A DNA stretch of 64,000 nt from Candidatus Latescibacterota bacterium (lineage in GTDB: Bacteria; Latescibacterota; UBA2968; UBA8231). Shown here piece after piece: positions 19,367 through 28,592 of this stretch; position 1 is the stretch's first letter; every line of letters starts with the position of its first letter. A program made the position numbers and the translations under genes. The notes beneath the pieces are model-generated. The model saw only the letters and a list, made by a program, of their open reading frames with translations, was not told where the DNA came from and searched no databases. The DNA lies in NCBI GenBank assembly GCA_965248265.1, contig CBDFJF010000002.1:3168001-3232000 (forward strand), written 5' to 3'.

Positions 19367-20473
19367 ATGCTCTACTATCTGGGAAGCTACCTCCATAGCA
19401 CTGTGGAGGCGCTGTCTTTTCTCCGGCTGCTGGAGTCGATCAGCTTCAGGGCGATCGGCGGAGCCATGACCGCGCTCATATTCACCATCCTGTTCGGTGG
19501 ACGCATCATCTTGTCCTTTTACCGGTCCGGTCAGCGGGATGCGTCACGCCGCTATGCCCACTTTCCTTCGTCTCAGCATCAGTCGAAGACGATAGGCGGG
19601 GGCTTGCTGGTTGCGGCCATCGTTCTCAGCTGCCTGCTGTGGTGCCAGCTCATCAATCCGTTCGTCGTCGCCTGCCTGGCCGCGCTGCTGTGGTTCGCCA
19701 GCCTCGGATTCGTCGATGACTTCCTCAAGGTTCGGCATGGCAGCAGTGATCGGGGTCTGAGCGAAACCGCCAAACTGTCGTTGCAGTTCCTCTTTAGCCT
19801 TGGATTCGCCCTCGTATTCGTAACCCCTGAACTTTCGCCGCTGCCGCCAGACCTGGCGACCAAGCTGTACCTGCCATTCCTAAAGAATCCGGTAATCGAC
19901 CTGTCCTGGGGATACGTTCCCTTCATCATATTCACGGTGATTGCAATCGCCAATTCCGTGAATATCACCGACGGCATCGACGGACTGGCCGTTGTCCCAA
20001 TCGCGTTCAGCATCATCGTCTACGGCGTTTTCGCGTACGTCGCCAGTCACGCGCAGATCGCAGGGTTTCTCATCTTCCCGTTCATGCCCGGAGCGGGAGA
20101 GATCGCCATCATCTGTGCCATCGTGTTCGGCGCATGCCTGGGTTTCCTGTGGTTCAACTCCTACCCGGCCAATGTCATTATGGGCGACACGGGGTCGATG
20201 GCCCTTGGTGGCTTGCTCGGCACTGTCGTCGTCCTCGCCAAACAGGAGTTTCTGTTTCTCATTGTCGGCGGCATATTCGTCGCTGAAGCTCTGTCCGTCG
20301 TGGTGCAAGAAAAGATTGGTATCCGCAAGCTGGGCAGACGCTTCATCCACGTAGCCCCCCTCCATCACCACTTTCAGTCGCGTGGCTTGGCGGATACCAA
20401 GATCGTCGTCAGGTTCTGGATTGTAGCCGGTATACTGGCCCTTGGCGGGTTGGCAACGCTAAAGATCCGCTGA
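19367..20473 (+). CDS. mraY: Phospho-N-acetylmuramoyl-pentapeptide transferase
   Basis: GFVDDFLK, NSVNITDGIDGLA, FNSYPA..MGDTGS and APLHHHF. Confidence 0.92.
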   Translation: MLYYLGSYLHSTVEALSFLRLLESISFRAIGGAMTALIFTILFGGRIILSFYRSGQRDASRRYAHFPSSQHQSKTIGGGLLVAAIVLSCLLWCQLINPFVVACLAALLWFASLGFVDDFLKVRHGSSDRGLSETAKLSLQFLFSLGFALVFVTPELSPLPPDLATKLYLPFLKNPVIDLSWGYVPFIIFTVIAIANSVNITDGIDGLAVVPIAFSIIVYGVFAYVASHAQIAGFLIFPFMPGAGEIAIICAIVFGACLGFLWFNSYPANVIMGDTGSMALGGLLGTVVVLAKQEFLFLIVGGIFVAEALSVVVQEKIGIRKLGRRFIHVAPLHHHFQSRGLADTKIVVRFWIVAGILALGGLATLKIR

Positions 20474-20558
20474 TCAACACCAGGCCGAACCTGAGGCAGC
20501 ATGGGTGCCTGCCGCGTCCGTGTATGGCCGATGTGGGTGGGATGGTCGATGGGGTTGG

Positions 20559-21047
20559 TTACAGCTGCAGCAACCGAACCCCATACAGGAACAGCAGGAT
20601 CAAGGTGCAGCCGATCGTCACGGTAATCCACAAGGGGACTCCGCTCTCATCACCGTCGTAGATTTCCCGCGTGAAGCGACGGTACTCGCGCGACAGCAGG
20701 AAGTAGCCGGAGGCCAGTCCGATGATGACGGATAGTACCAGGAAAGAGTACCCGACGAGACCAGGATCGATGGCCCGCCCGAGGCTGATGGCATAGGGGA
20801 GCACGTTGACGAGCAGGCCGTACTCCCGGGACAGGATGCTGTAAATTACGGCACCCAGGCTGAAGGAACTGATGGCTGTGGAGGTCAGGGCGTCCACGAG
20901 CGGAATCTGAAATGCGAAGACCAGGAGAGGCACGCTCAACAGCAGATGCAGCCACATCCCAGAATAAGCGTAGAAGAAGGATGGCCGCTCGAGTGAGGCG
21001 GTCCCGATTAAAAATTGCGAAAAGGATGGCCGGCGCTGCATCTCCAT
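20559..21047 (-). CDS. Hypothetical integral membrane protein
   Basis: 162 aa with about five hydrophobic segments; GGAG RBS upstream. Confidence 0.6.
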   Translation of the reverse strand: MEMQRRPSFSQFLIGTASLERPSFFYAYSGMWLHLLLSVPLLVFAFQIPLVDALTSTAISSFSLGAVIYSILSREYGLLVNVLPYAISLGRAIDPGLVGYSFLVLSVIIGLASGYFLLSREYRRFTREIYDGDESGVPLWITVTIGCTLILLFLYGVRLLQL

Positions 21048-21216
21048 TGTAGCTCCAGAGACGTCGGTAGATGATCAAGGGGAGATGAAGCGGAACGGTT
21101 CGTAGGTGCTTGAGAAGTAGCCAGTTACAGCAATTCATCCGGGGGAGGATAGACCCAATGATAGGGGCCAATGGCCGTCCCTGTCAAGGATCGGTGACGG
21201 CCGGGTGCCCGGATGA

Positions 21217-22109
21217 TCAGGCTGCTGGTGCCACCGGTGACATCGCGCTGGCACTGCCCTGACGGGGGGAAACGAACTCCAGGCTGACGGTACCTTCTCC
21301 ATCCTCGTTGAGTCCGCTTGGCGTACCAACCCCCTTCTTGATGGACTGGCGTTCGAGATGCCGTACCAGCTGATAGCAGGTTTCCTGTGACTCGAAGAAG
21401 GCCAGCGAGATGGCGGTGATGGCGCCCTTGCTGTCGTTGAGATGCAGGTGGGAGCTGACGATCTGGGCTTCGATGCCTGACAGACGCTCCTGAAGGCGCT
21501 GGCGAACCTTCAGGAACGGATCCAGTGACAGGGTGCGATGTTCCGTCAATTTGGCCGATCCGCGCCGACTCCGAACCGTCTCTTCGATGAAGCTATTCGG
21601 CACGGTCAGAGCCAGTCGCAGGTCTTCGCTGCGAGGACTATAACGGGCAAAAACCTGGGCGCCTCCACCGCTGAGATTGGTGGCAACGCATGGCTTGGAG
21701 ATCAGTCGTTCTCCATCATTAGTCAATTCGATGCACTCGATCTGAGCTCGGAGGCAGACGGAGATGCGATAGGCAGATCGGCGCTGCCGTTCTTCGACCT
21801 CCACAGGCGGGCGCAGCAGTAGCACGGGCAATCGCCCCTTGAGCCGCCCGCGGCCCTGAATCTCGCTGGCGAAGCTGAAGTCGCCGGCCTCACTGCGGAT
21901 GCTGTGAACGGTGACGGCGGTTCCCCGAGGGGGCCGTACGTCCAACGGTGCGTCAACGCAAAGCAGTCCATCCTTGCTGAAGTCCTGAAGCCGGCCCTGA
22001 TAGGAGGTTCGGCAGCCAGATCCGGGTCATCGAACGAGAGCAAGAACCGCTCGCCAATCCGAATGCCATTCGGGAGATCGGGTCTGATACGTCGGTGAGA
22101 AAGCTTCAT
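21217..22109 (-). pseudogene. YcgR/PilZ c-di-GMP receptor-like gene with a 1-nt frameshift near 22005-22010
   Basis: ATG 22109 has a GAGGAG RBS. The downstream frame reads SYQGRLQD...RQRRSAYRI (RxxxR)...NLSGGG (N/DxSxxG). The frameshift may be an assembly indel. Confidence 0.65.
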
Positions 22110-22439
22110 GTTTCGTCTCCTCGAAGAGGCGCTTTCACGCGGTACAATCGGTTTTATAGAATGGGGCCATTATTTGGCTTTTTATGTGTTGGCCTCTATG
22201 AGATTGATCGGACGCTCCGGCAAGTTCTTTAGTAGTAATTTATATCAAATACTACTATATCAGGAAGGCGGGCGTGATTTGATACACTGGCAAACTTTGT
22301 GCCCCTTGGTTTTGTTAGGCGAGGGGAGGAAAGTTGGCTGATGGAGGTGACTCGAATTGGCAACATCAATGGGACAAAGCAACCACACACCACGGGAACA
22401 GGATCTTCGCCGCAGACTCGATGAACTGGGAATACGGGG

Positions 22440-24572
22440 ATGGCATCTGGGGTGATGGGACCCGAGTGGAGTGGTGGACAACATTATTGGGCCTGGTTGT
22501 TGCCGGTATCGATCGTCGAACTCGAGGGTGTGGGGCCGCGCCGAGCGGCCACGCTGGGTCAGTGTGGCATCCAAACCGTCGGCCAGTTCCTGCTGCGGTT
22601 ACCTCGCAGGTACATCGATCGCAGCCGCGTCCTGCCGATTTGGGAGGCCCCGCTCGGAGAGGAAGTCACTCTCGTCGTCTCGGTGCTGGATTCGGGGCAG
22701 CAGTCGGGTGGGCGCCGGGGTTCCAGCCGCAATCGAGCCCCGACGCGGGCACGTGTGGGGGATCACTCAGGTGAGTTGGACTGTGTCTGGTTTCACGGAC
22801 ACTATCAGAGCATGAATGACGGTGACACCGTCGCCGTTAGTGGCAAGATCGAGAGGTACGGATCTCGTCTGCAGATCGTTCATCCGGAGATCGAGCCTGT
22901 TGGCGAAGGACGCGCGCGCAATGGGGGGGAGGATGGATCGAGTGCAGGCACCATTCATACCGGAACCATCGTTCCCGTGTATGGCTCGGGTGAGGAACTC
23001 AAGTCCGCCGGCCTGACGAGCCGCCGCTGGCGCTCCCTGGTACGCGCTGCACTGGATCGCTTCGGTCCGGACATCCAAGATCCACTGCCCTCTGAGGTGT
23101 GCGAAAGCATCGGTCTGCCGGGCCTGGGTCCGAGCCTGCAGGCCGTTCACGCACCGGCATCGCTTGAAGAGGCAGAGCTGGGGCGTCGCCGCTTGGCGTT
23201 CGACGAGCTCCTGGGCATGCAGTTGGAGTTGGCGCGTCGCAGGCAAGCTCGTCTGCGGGGGCGGGGCATACAGCACAAAGCCAGGTCGCTGGTGGCGCGG
23301 TTCGTCGCCTCGATGCCTTTTTCCCTTACTCTCGCACAGGAGCGGGTCAAGGCGGAGATCCTCGACGACATGGCCGCCCCAAGTCCGATGCGACGGCTGT
23401 TGCATGGGGAGGTCGGCTCGGGCAAAACGGTAGTAGCTCTGTGCGCGGCAATGGCTGCTGTGGAGAATGATTGCCAGGTCGCCCTGATGGTTCCGACAGA
23501 AGTGCTGGCAGAGCAACACTTCGCCACCATACAAGACATTCCTTCATTCGAGGAGATCTCGACTGTCCTTCTTCTTGGCGGCCAGGGGAGTAGAGCCCGC
23601 CGGCAGCTGTTGGCGGCAGTGCAGTCGGGCAGTGCTCGCGTCGTCGTCGGCACCCACGCGCTGTTCCAGAGTGATGTGCACTTTGAGCGCCTTGGTTTGA
23701 TTATCGTTGACGAGCAACACCGCTTTGGCGTAACGCAGCGTGATGCGCTGGGCTTGAAGGGCTCTGACGCTGACGTGCTGGTGATGACGGCGACGCCGAT
23801 ACCTCGGTCGCTGGCCCTGACCCTGTACGGCGATCTGGACATTTCGACCTTGGATGAGTTGCCCAGTGGGCGGTGCCCGGTGCGTACTGTGGTGCGTGGT
23901 TCCGCTCAGCGTCCCCAGATATTGGAGTTTGTGGCGCGCGAGTTGAAACAGGGACGTCAGGCCTACTTCGTCTATCCCATGATCGACGAGTCGGAAAACG
24001 CTGGTCTGCTCCTCACCTCTGCCAGCGCTGCATTCGAGGCTTTGAGCGCGGGACCGCTGGCCGAGTTCGATCTCAGGATCCTGCACGGGCGCATGCCATC
24101 GGTGGAAAAGTCGGAGGCCATGGAAGCCTTCAGCCGCGGAGAATGCCAGGCTCTAGTCTGTACCAGTGTCGTGGAGGTTGGGCTGGATGTCCCCGGGGCC
24201 ACGATCATGGTGGTCGAGAATGCCGACCGTTTTGGACTGGCTCAGTTACACCAGCTGCGCGGTCGCGTCGGACGGGGTACGGTAGACGTCCAGGCATACT
24301 GCATCCTGATCGCCGACCATCATCACCAAGACGACCTTGCCGCGCAGCGACTTCGGGTACTCTGCGAGACTTCCGACGGCTTCGAGATCGCACAGCAGGA
24401 TCTCGAGTTGCGCGGTCCGGGTGAACTGCACGGGACGCGGCAGTCCGGCATGCCGGATTTTCTCGTGGCGGGACCGGCGGACGAGGACCTTCTGCTTGTG
24501 GCTCGAGATCAGGCTGCCCAGATGTTGATTGCCGTGCCGGCCGAGACCGGAGGGGGGTATCGGAATGAGTGA
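22440..24572 (+). CDS. recG: ATP-dependent DNA helicase RecG
   Basis: GVGPRRA, RRRLAFDEL, GEVGSGKT, DEQHRFG, MTATPIPRSL, AQLHQLRGRVGRG and DLELRGPGE. The start is 22440 or 22455. Confidence 0.95.
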   Translation: MASGVMGPEWSGGQHYWAWLLPVSIVELEGVGPRRAATLGQCGIQTVGQFLLRLPRRYIDRSRVLPIWEAPLGEEVTLVVSVLDSGQQSGGRRGSSRNRAPTRARVGDHSGELDCVWFHGHYQSMNDGDTVAVSGKIERYGSRLQIVHPEIEPVGEGRARNGGEDGSSAGTIHTGTIVPVYGSGEELKSAGLTSRRWRSLVRAALDRFGPDIQDPLPSEVCESIGLPGLGPSLQAVHAPASLEEAELGRRRLAFDELLGMQLELARRRQARLRGRGIQHKARSLVARFVASMPFSLTLAQERVKAEILDDMAAPSPMRRLLHGEVGSGKTVVALCAAMAAVENDCQVALMVPTEVLAEQHFATIQDIPSFEEISTVLLLGGQGSRARRQLLAAVQSGSARVVVGTHALFQSDVHFERLGLIIVDEQHRFGVTQRDALGLKGSDADVLVMTATPIPRSLALTLYGDLDISTLDELPSGRCPVRTVVRGSAQRPQILEFVARELKQGRQAYFVYPMIDESENAGLLLTSASAAFEALSAGPLAEFDLRILHGRMPSVEKSEAMEAFSRGECQALVCTSVVEVGLDVPGATIMVVENADRFGLAQLHQLRGRVGRGTVDVQAYCILIADHHHQDDLAAQRLRVLCETSDGFEIAQQDLELRGPGELHGTRQSGMPDFLVAGPADEDLLLVARDQAAQMLIAVPAETGGGYRNE

Positions 24573-26163
24573 GGGAAGACGCTGGATGTACACTGGACTG
24601 TCGATAGCCGGGGGCATGATCGCCGTGATCACGCTCTTTGTTTGGAATGAGTACGCCCTGGTCGGTCACATCGGCTTTCCGCTGGACGACTCCTGGATTC
24701 ACCTGCAGATGGCCCGCAATCTAAGCCTGGGTCACGGCATGTATTTCAACACCGGAGAACCGGTGTCGGCTTCGTCCGCGCCGCTGTGGACGTTGTTGCT
24801 GGCGGCTCTGCATCTGCTGCCATGGGACACCATACTGGCCGTAAAGCTCAGCGCGGTGGCCCTGTTGTGGGGTGCCGGGTTGGTGACGGCAGTTGCTGGT
24901 CGCAGCCTTGGACTGTCGCCAATCTGGGCAGCGGGAGCAGGCATGGCGCTGGCATTGAGTCCGAGGATGATTTGGGGCGGACTCTCGGGCATGGAGATCC
25001 CTCTTTATACACTATTGGCGACGGCAGGCATCTGGCTGCACATCCGATCATTCGGGAGCAGTCCATCATTGGGGTCGACGGCGTTGTTTGCCTGTGCTTC
25101 GCTGGCTCGCCCCGACTGTTTGGTGCTGTTGCCGTTGGCGTTGCTGGACCGCTGGCGCCGGGCATCGCTGATATCTGTTTGGCGCGATTATCGCAGGCAC
25201 CTGCTGTTGTTCACCGGCATCCTGGCCCCGGCTGTCGCCTTCAACCTGGCTACCATCGGCCGCCTATTGCCGAACACGTATTACGCCAAGGTCGGCGATT
25301 TCGGGTTGCCGGGAGCACTGAATGATGGCAATTACATACAGGTTCTTAAAACGTTGGGGTACTATCCCTTACAGCAATTACAAGAATTGGCTCAGCTGGC
25401 CGCATCAGAGAACCTGGTGTTGGCCTGTTTCGTTCCAATCGGCCTGCTTCACCTGATTTCTGAAAGCTCTGGGGGGGGAAAGTCAAAGCCTGTCGGTCAG
25501 TCCGCTTTTTTGTTGCTGATTCTGGTGGGCTATCCGGTGATTCGCGGCCTGCTGGCGCCATTTCACGGACCGCTATTCCAGCACGGGCGGTACGTCGGAT
25601 TTCTGTTTCCCCTTTTCATACTGGTTGGTGTTGTCGGCATGCGCCAGGCGATTCTTCAGTTTGCCAAACTGGGCGATTTTCCCAGGGTGCGTCGTACTGT
25701 CACCTGGGGTCCAGCATTGCTGTGGGGGATACTGGCGATCAATATGATGGGATCGCAGTTGCAGTACGCCCGCACTTATGCCGCCAACGTGGCTAACATT
25801 GAGCATATGCACGTGGCCATGGGGCATTGGCTGGCGCGGAACACGGGTGAGGACGCGGTTATCGCCACCCACGACATCGGTGCCATCGGCTATTTTTCGG
25901 GCCGCCGTGTGGTGGATACGTCTGGCTTGATTACTCCTGAAATTCTGCCGCATCTTCGACCGGGACGGATGGCCGATATCGGGGTGCTGGAATTTCTTGA
26001 GCGAGAGAGGCCGGATTACCTGGTGGTGATGCCCACCTGGTACCCCGAACTCGTGCGGCGAAAGGACCTCTTTGAGTCAATGTACGAGATCGAACTGGGG
26101 GTTCGATCGATTGCTGCGGGTGATCGCTTCGTGGTGTATCGGACAAAATGGACTGGTGGGTGA
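24565..26163 (+). CDS. GT-C-fold (ArnT/AftD-like) membrane glycosyltransferase-like protein
   Basis: PLDDSWIH..ARNL, SAPLW, GMEIPL, RPD, NTYYAK and DIGAIGYFS..D..GL; many TM helices. Confidence 0.65.
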   Translation: MSEGRRWMYTGLSIAGGMIAVITLFVWNEYALVGHIGFPLDDSWIHLQMARNLSLGHGMYFNTGEPVSASSAPLWTLLLAALHLLPWDTILAVKLSAVALLWGAGLVTAVAGRSLGLSPIWAAGAGMALALSPRMIWGGLSGMEIPLYTLLATAGIWLHIRSFGSSPSLGSTALFACASLARPDCLVLLPLALLDRWRRASLISVWRDYRRHLLLFTGILAPAVAFNLATIGRLLPNTYYAKVGDFGLPGALNDGNYIQVLKTLGYYPLQQLQELAQLAASENLVLACFVPIGLLHLISESSGGGKSKPVGQSAFLLLILVGYPVIRGLLAPFHGPLFQHGRYVGFLFPLFILVGVVGMRQAILQFAKLGDFPRVRRTVTWGPALLWGILAINMMGSQLQYARTYAANVANIEHMHVAMGHWLARNTGEDAVIATHDIGAIGYFSGRRVVDTSGLITPEILPHLRPGRMADIGVLEFLERERPDYLVVMPTWYPELVRRKDLFESMYEIELGVRSIAAGDRFVVYRTKWTGG

Positions 26164-26184
26164 GGGGAATTGTGTGGTCGGAGC

Positions 26185-26213
26185 TTGACAAGTGCACACT
26201 TGTATAGTATACT
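26185..26213 (+). promoter_or_regulatory. Sigma70 promoter overlapped by a palindromic operator
   Basis: TTGACA (26185-90), 17-bp spacer, TATACT (26208-13). Palindrome ACAAGTG-CA-CACTTGT at 26188-26203. Confidence 0.8.
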
Positions 26214-26252
26214 TTTGTGCAGTAATAACGACCACGAATGCAGGAGGGTGAG

Positions 26253-26432
26253 ATGATGGAGAAGTTTGACAAGAATCGGGTAGAGAGAGCGGCGAGAATC
26301 TATGCCAGCAATCGAGATGCTGGTCAGGCACTGGGCATAGCACCAGGCAGCTTCGGGCGATTATGCCGGCGATTCGGGATTGAGACGCCGAAGGCTCGAC
26401 GACAGCGCACCCGAACCTTGAGCATGAACTGA
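26253..26432 (+). CDS. Small Fis-like HTH protein
   Basis: NRDAGQALGIAPGSFGRLCRRFGI resembles an AAxxLGI HTH; GGAGGG RBS upstream. Confidence 0.7.
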   Translation: MMEKFDKNRVERAARIYASNRDAGQALGIAPGSFGRLCRRFGIETPKARRQRTRTLSMN

Positions 26433-26451
26433 GAGTTAAGAGTGGGGACTG

Positions 26452-26922
26452 ATGATGCCGCGAAACAGTAGTATCAACAAGGTAATTCTGGTCGGCAATC
26501 TGGGGGCAGATGCAGAAACCCGGTTCACGCCGAGTGGGACACAGGTGACCACGGCGAGGCTGGCCACGGATGATCGCTGGACAGACAATGAAGGCAATAC
26601 CCAATCCAGAACGGAATGGCACAAGCTCGTGTTCTGGCGTCGTCTGGCCGAAATCGCCAGCCAGTACTTCAAGAAGGGCAGTCGTGTCCACATAGAGGGC
26701 AGGCTGCAGACCAGCAGCTGGAACGATTCATCGGGAACCAGGGCATCGGGAAAAAGGCGTTACATCACCGAAGTCGTCGTCAGTGATGTGAAGCTGCTCG
26801 ATGCGGCTGGAGGCCCGGCAGATCTGGATATGATGTACGCCCGGGCAGAGGGTAGGCGCCTGCGGCAACACGATGGAAGGACGGAGGCTCTGGAAGTGGG
26901 CGAGGACGGCTTGCCTTTCTGA
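26452..26922 (+). CDS. ssb: Single-stranded DNA-binding protein
   Basis: INKVILVGNLGAD, TEWH, KKGSRVHIEGRLQT and a C-terminal EDGLPF. Confidence 0.93.
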   Translation: MMPRNSSINKVILVGNLGADAETRFTPSGTQVTTARLATDDRWTDNEGNTQSRTEWHKLVFWRRLAEIASQYFKKGSRVHIEGRLQTSSWNDSSGTRASGKRRYITEVVVSDVKLLDAAGGPADLDMMYARAEGRRLRQHDGRTEALEVGEDGLPF

Positions 26923-27083
26923 TCTCTCCTTCCCTACCCGGCGTTACGCGCTCCATCGGCCATCGTCCACCAATTGCGTGAACGGTGGCCTTCGTATTTG
27001 ATGGCCAATCCCTTGACGGGTCGATGCCCCGCCACTATGTCTGACTGCCTCCCCGTTCTCGTCATCAACACAACCATTGAGGT

Positions 27084-27950
27084 ATGGTCATGAGAGTGAA
27101 GGCACTCGCCGTTGGCGTGCTCATAGTGCTGTTGGGACCCGCATCACTGACGGCCTGGTGGTGCGACGGCCACACGGTGCTTACCCAGGCGTCCTTTGTC
27201 GCGCTCCCCGAAGGCGTGCCCGCCTTCTTTCGTGCCGGTGCCGCTGAAGCCGGCCACTACGTGTGCGATCCAGACCTCTTCAAGAACAATCAGGTGCCCG
27301 AGATCTCGGCCGCGGAGTTGCCTGAGCATTATTTCGATATCGAGTTACTCGACGGTCATACGGTGCCGTCCCATCGAAACCAGTTGCTCTCCTTGTGCGA
27401 TAGTCTGGGGGTTGAGCCATCCAAGGTTGGGTACGCGCCGTACGCCACCACAGAGTGGACGCAACGCCTGACGATTGCCTTTGCTGAGCATCGTCGTTGG
27501 CCGGCGAACGAGGCCATCAAGGCCAAGTGCCTGGTGTATTCAGGAATCCTCGCACACTACGCCCAGGATTTGTGTCAACCGCTGCACGTCACCGTCCACT
27601 TCGACGGCCGCGCGGATGCACACGGCAAGGTGCCGCATACGGGTATCCACGAGAGTGTGGATTCACTCATCGAGCGTTTGGGCTTGAGCGATTCCGCGAT
27701 CGCGACCAATGTTTCCCCGACCTCCTTCGATGACATCCGAGCTGCCGTTCAGGAAGAATTGCGTCGATCTCATGCGCTCGTCGACGTGATATACGACCAT
27801 GAGCAGGAGATGCGAACAGCTTCGGGAGACCATGCGAAGTCGTTCGCCACTGAGCGCTCCGAGGCGGCCGCCCAATTCACGGCGTCGTTGCTTGTGAGTG
27901 CCTGGGAGTTGTCCGAAAGCGTCGAATTGCCGGGCTGGCTGCGTCGCTGA
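27084..27950 (+). CDS. Secreted S1/P1 nuclease or Zn-phospholipase C-like protein
   Basis: Signal peptide followed by WWCDGH (N-terminal Trp/His Zn ligands), HYFD, HYAQDLCQPLH and GIHE. Confidence 0.75.
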   Translation: MVMRVKALAVGVLIVLLGPASLTAWWCDGHTVLTQASFVALPEGVPAFFRAGAAEAGHYVCDPDLFKNNQVPEISAAELPEHYFDIELLDGHTVPSHRNQLLSLCDSLGVEPSKVGYAPYATTEWTQRLTIAFAEHRRWPANEAIKAKCLVYSGILAHYAQDLCQPLHVTVHFDGRADAHGKVPHTGIHESVDSLIERLGLSDSAIATNVSPTSFDDIRAAVQEELRRSHALVDVIYDHEQEMRTASGDHAKSFATERSEAAAQFTASLLVSAWELSESVELPGWLRR

Positions 27951-27978
27951 TCGTCGACGAACGGTCGCGCCGGGGGCG

Positions 27979-28592
27979 CTACCGTTGGAAGAATTCCTGT
28001 AGTTGGACTCGATCGAGGGTGTTTGATGACGTCTTCTGGACGCAACCAGCCCTTGCGCGCGATGCCGACGCCCAGCCGGAGGTTGTCCAGGTCGCTCAGA
28101 CGATGGGCGTCCGTGTCAAGGGCGCCGGGAACGGGCAATGGATTCGAGCAGGCGTTGGCTGGTTTTTCCGCCGAAGCCGGGCAGGGCATCCAGCGCGCCG
28201 CTGCCGCAAGCATCCTCGAGTTCCGCGACGGAGGTGATTTGGAGGGCCTGGTGTATGGCCATGACTTTCTTGTGGCCCAGCCCCGGCAGGCGCAGCAGAT
28301 CCAGCAGGCCTTCGGGCACGACCTGTTTCAGCTCTTCGTAGGTCGTGGTGGTGCCACTGTCGATGAACTCCGCCACCAGTTCGGCGATGCCTTTGCCTAC
28401 GCCCTCGATCTCCGTCAGGGTCTCCTGTCGCGACAGTTCGACGACATCGACATCCTCCACCTCCTCGATCATGCGGGCGCCATTGGCCAGGGCTCTGATG
28501 CGGAATGCATTGTCGCCGTTGAGCTGCATGAGCTCGCTGAGGCGATGGAGAAAGCTGGCGACCTCCGTATTCGTGGGCGCTGGCGCGGACAT
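27979..28592 (-). pseudogene. polX: Internally deleted DNA polymerase X (HhH N-terminus plus the last residues of the PHP domain)
   Basis: The N-terminus reads NAFRIRA..GVGKGIA..LPGLGHKK..LPGFGGKT. It is followed out of frame by TDAH..LDNLRLGVGIARKGWL..DVI, and after a second shift by NTLDRVQLQEFFQR*. Confidence 0.8.

Noticed and set aside
27770-28213. 147-aa ORF as an independent gene
   Set aside because: Only about 30 residues are meaningful (the PolX PHP tail), so it is treated as part of the polX remnant.
26238-28592. Prophage or integrative element around HTH-ssb-nuclease
   Set aside because: No integrase, structural genes or att-like repeats were seen.
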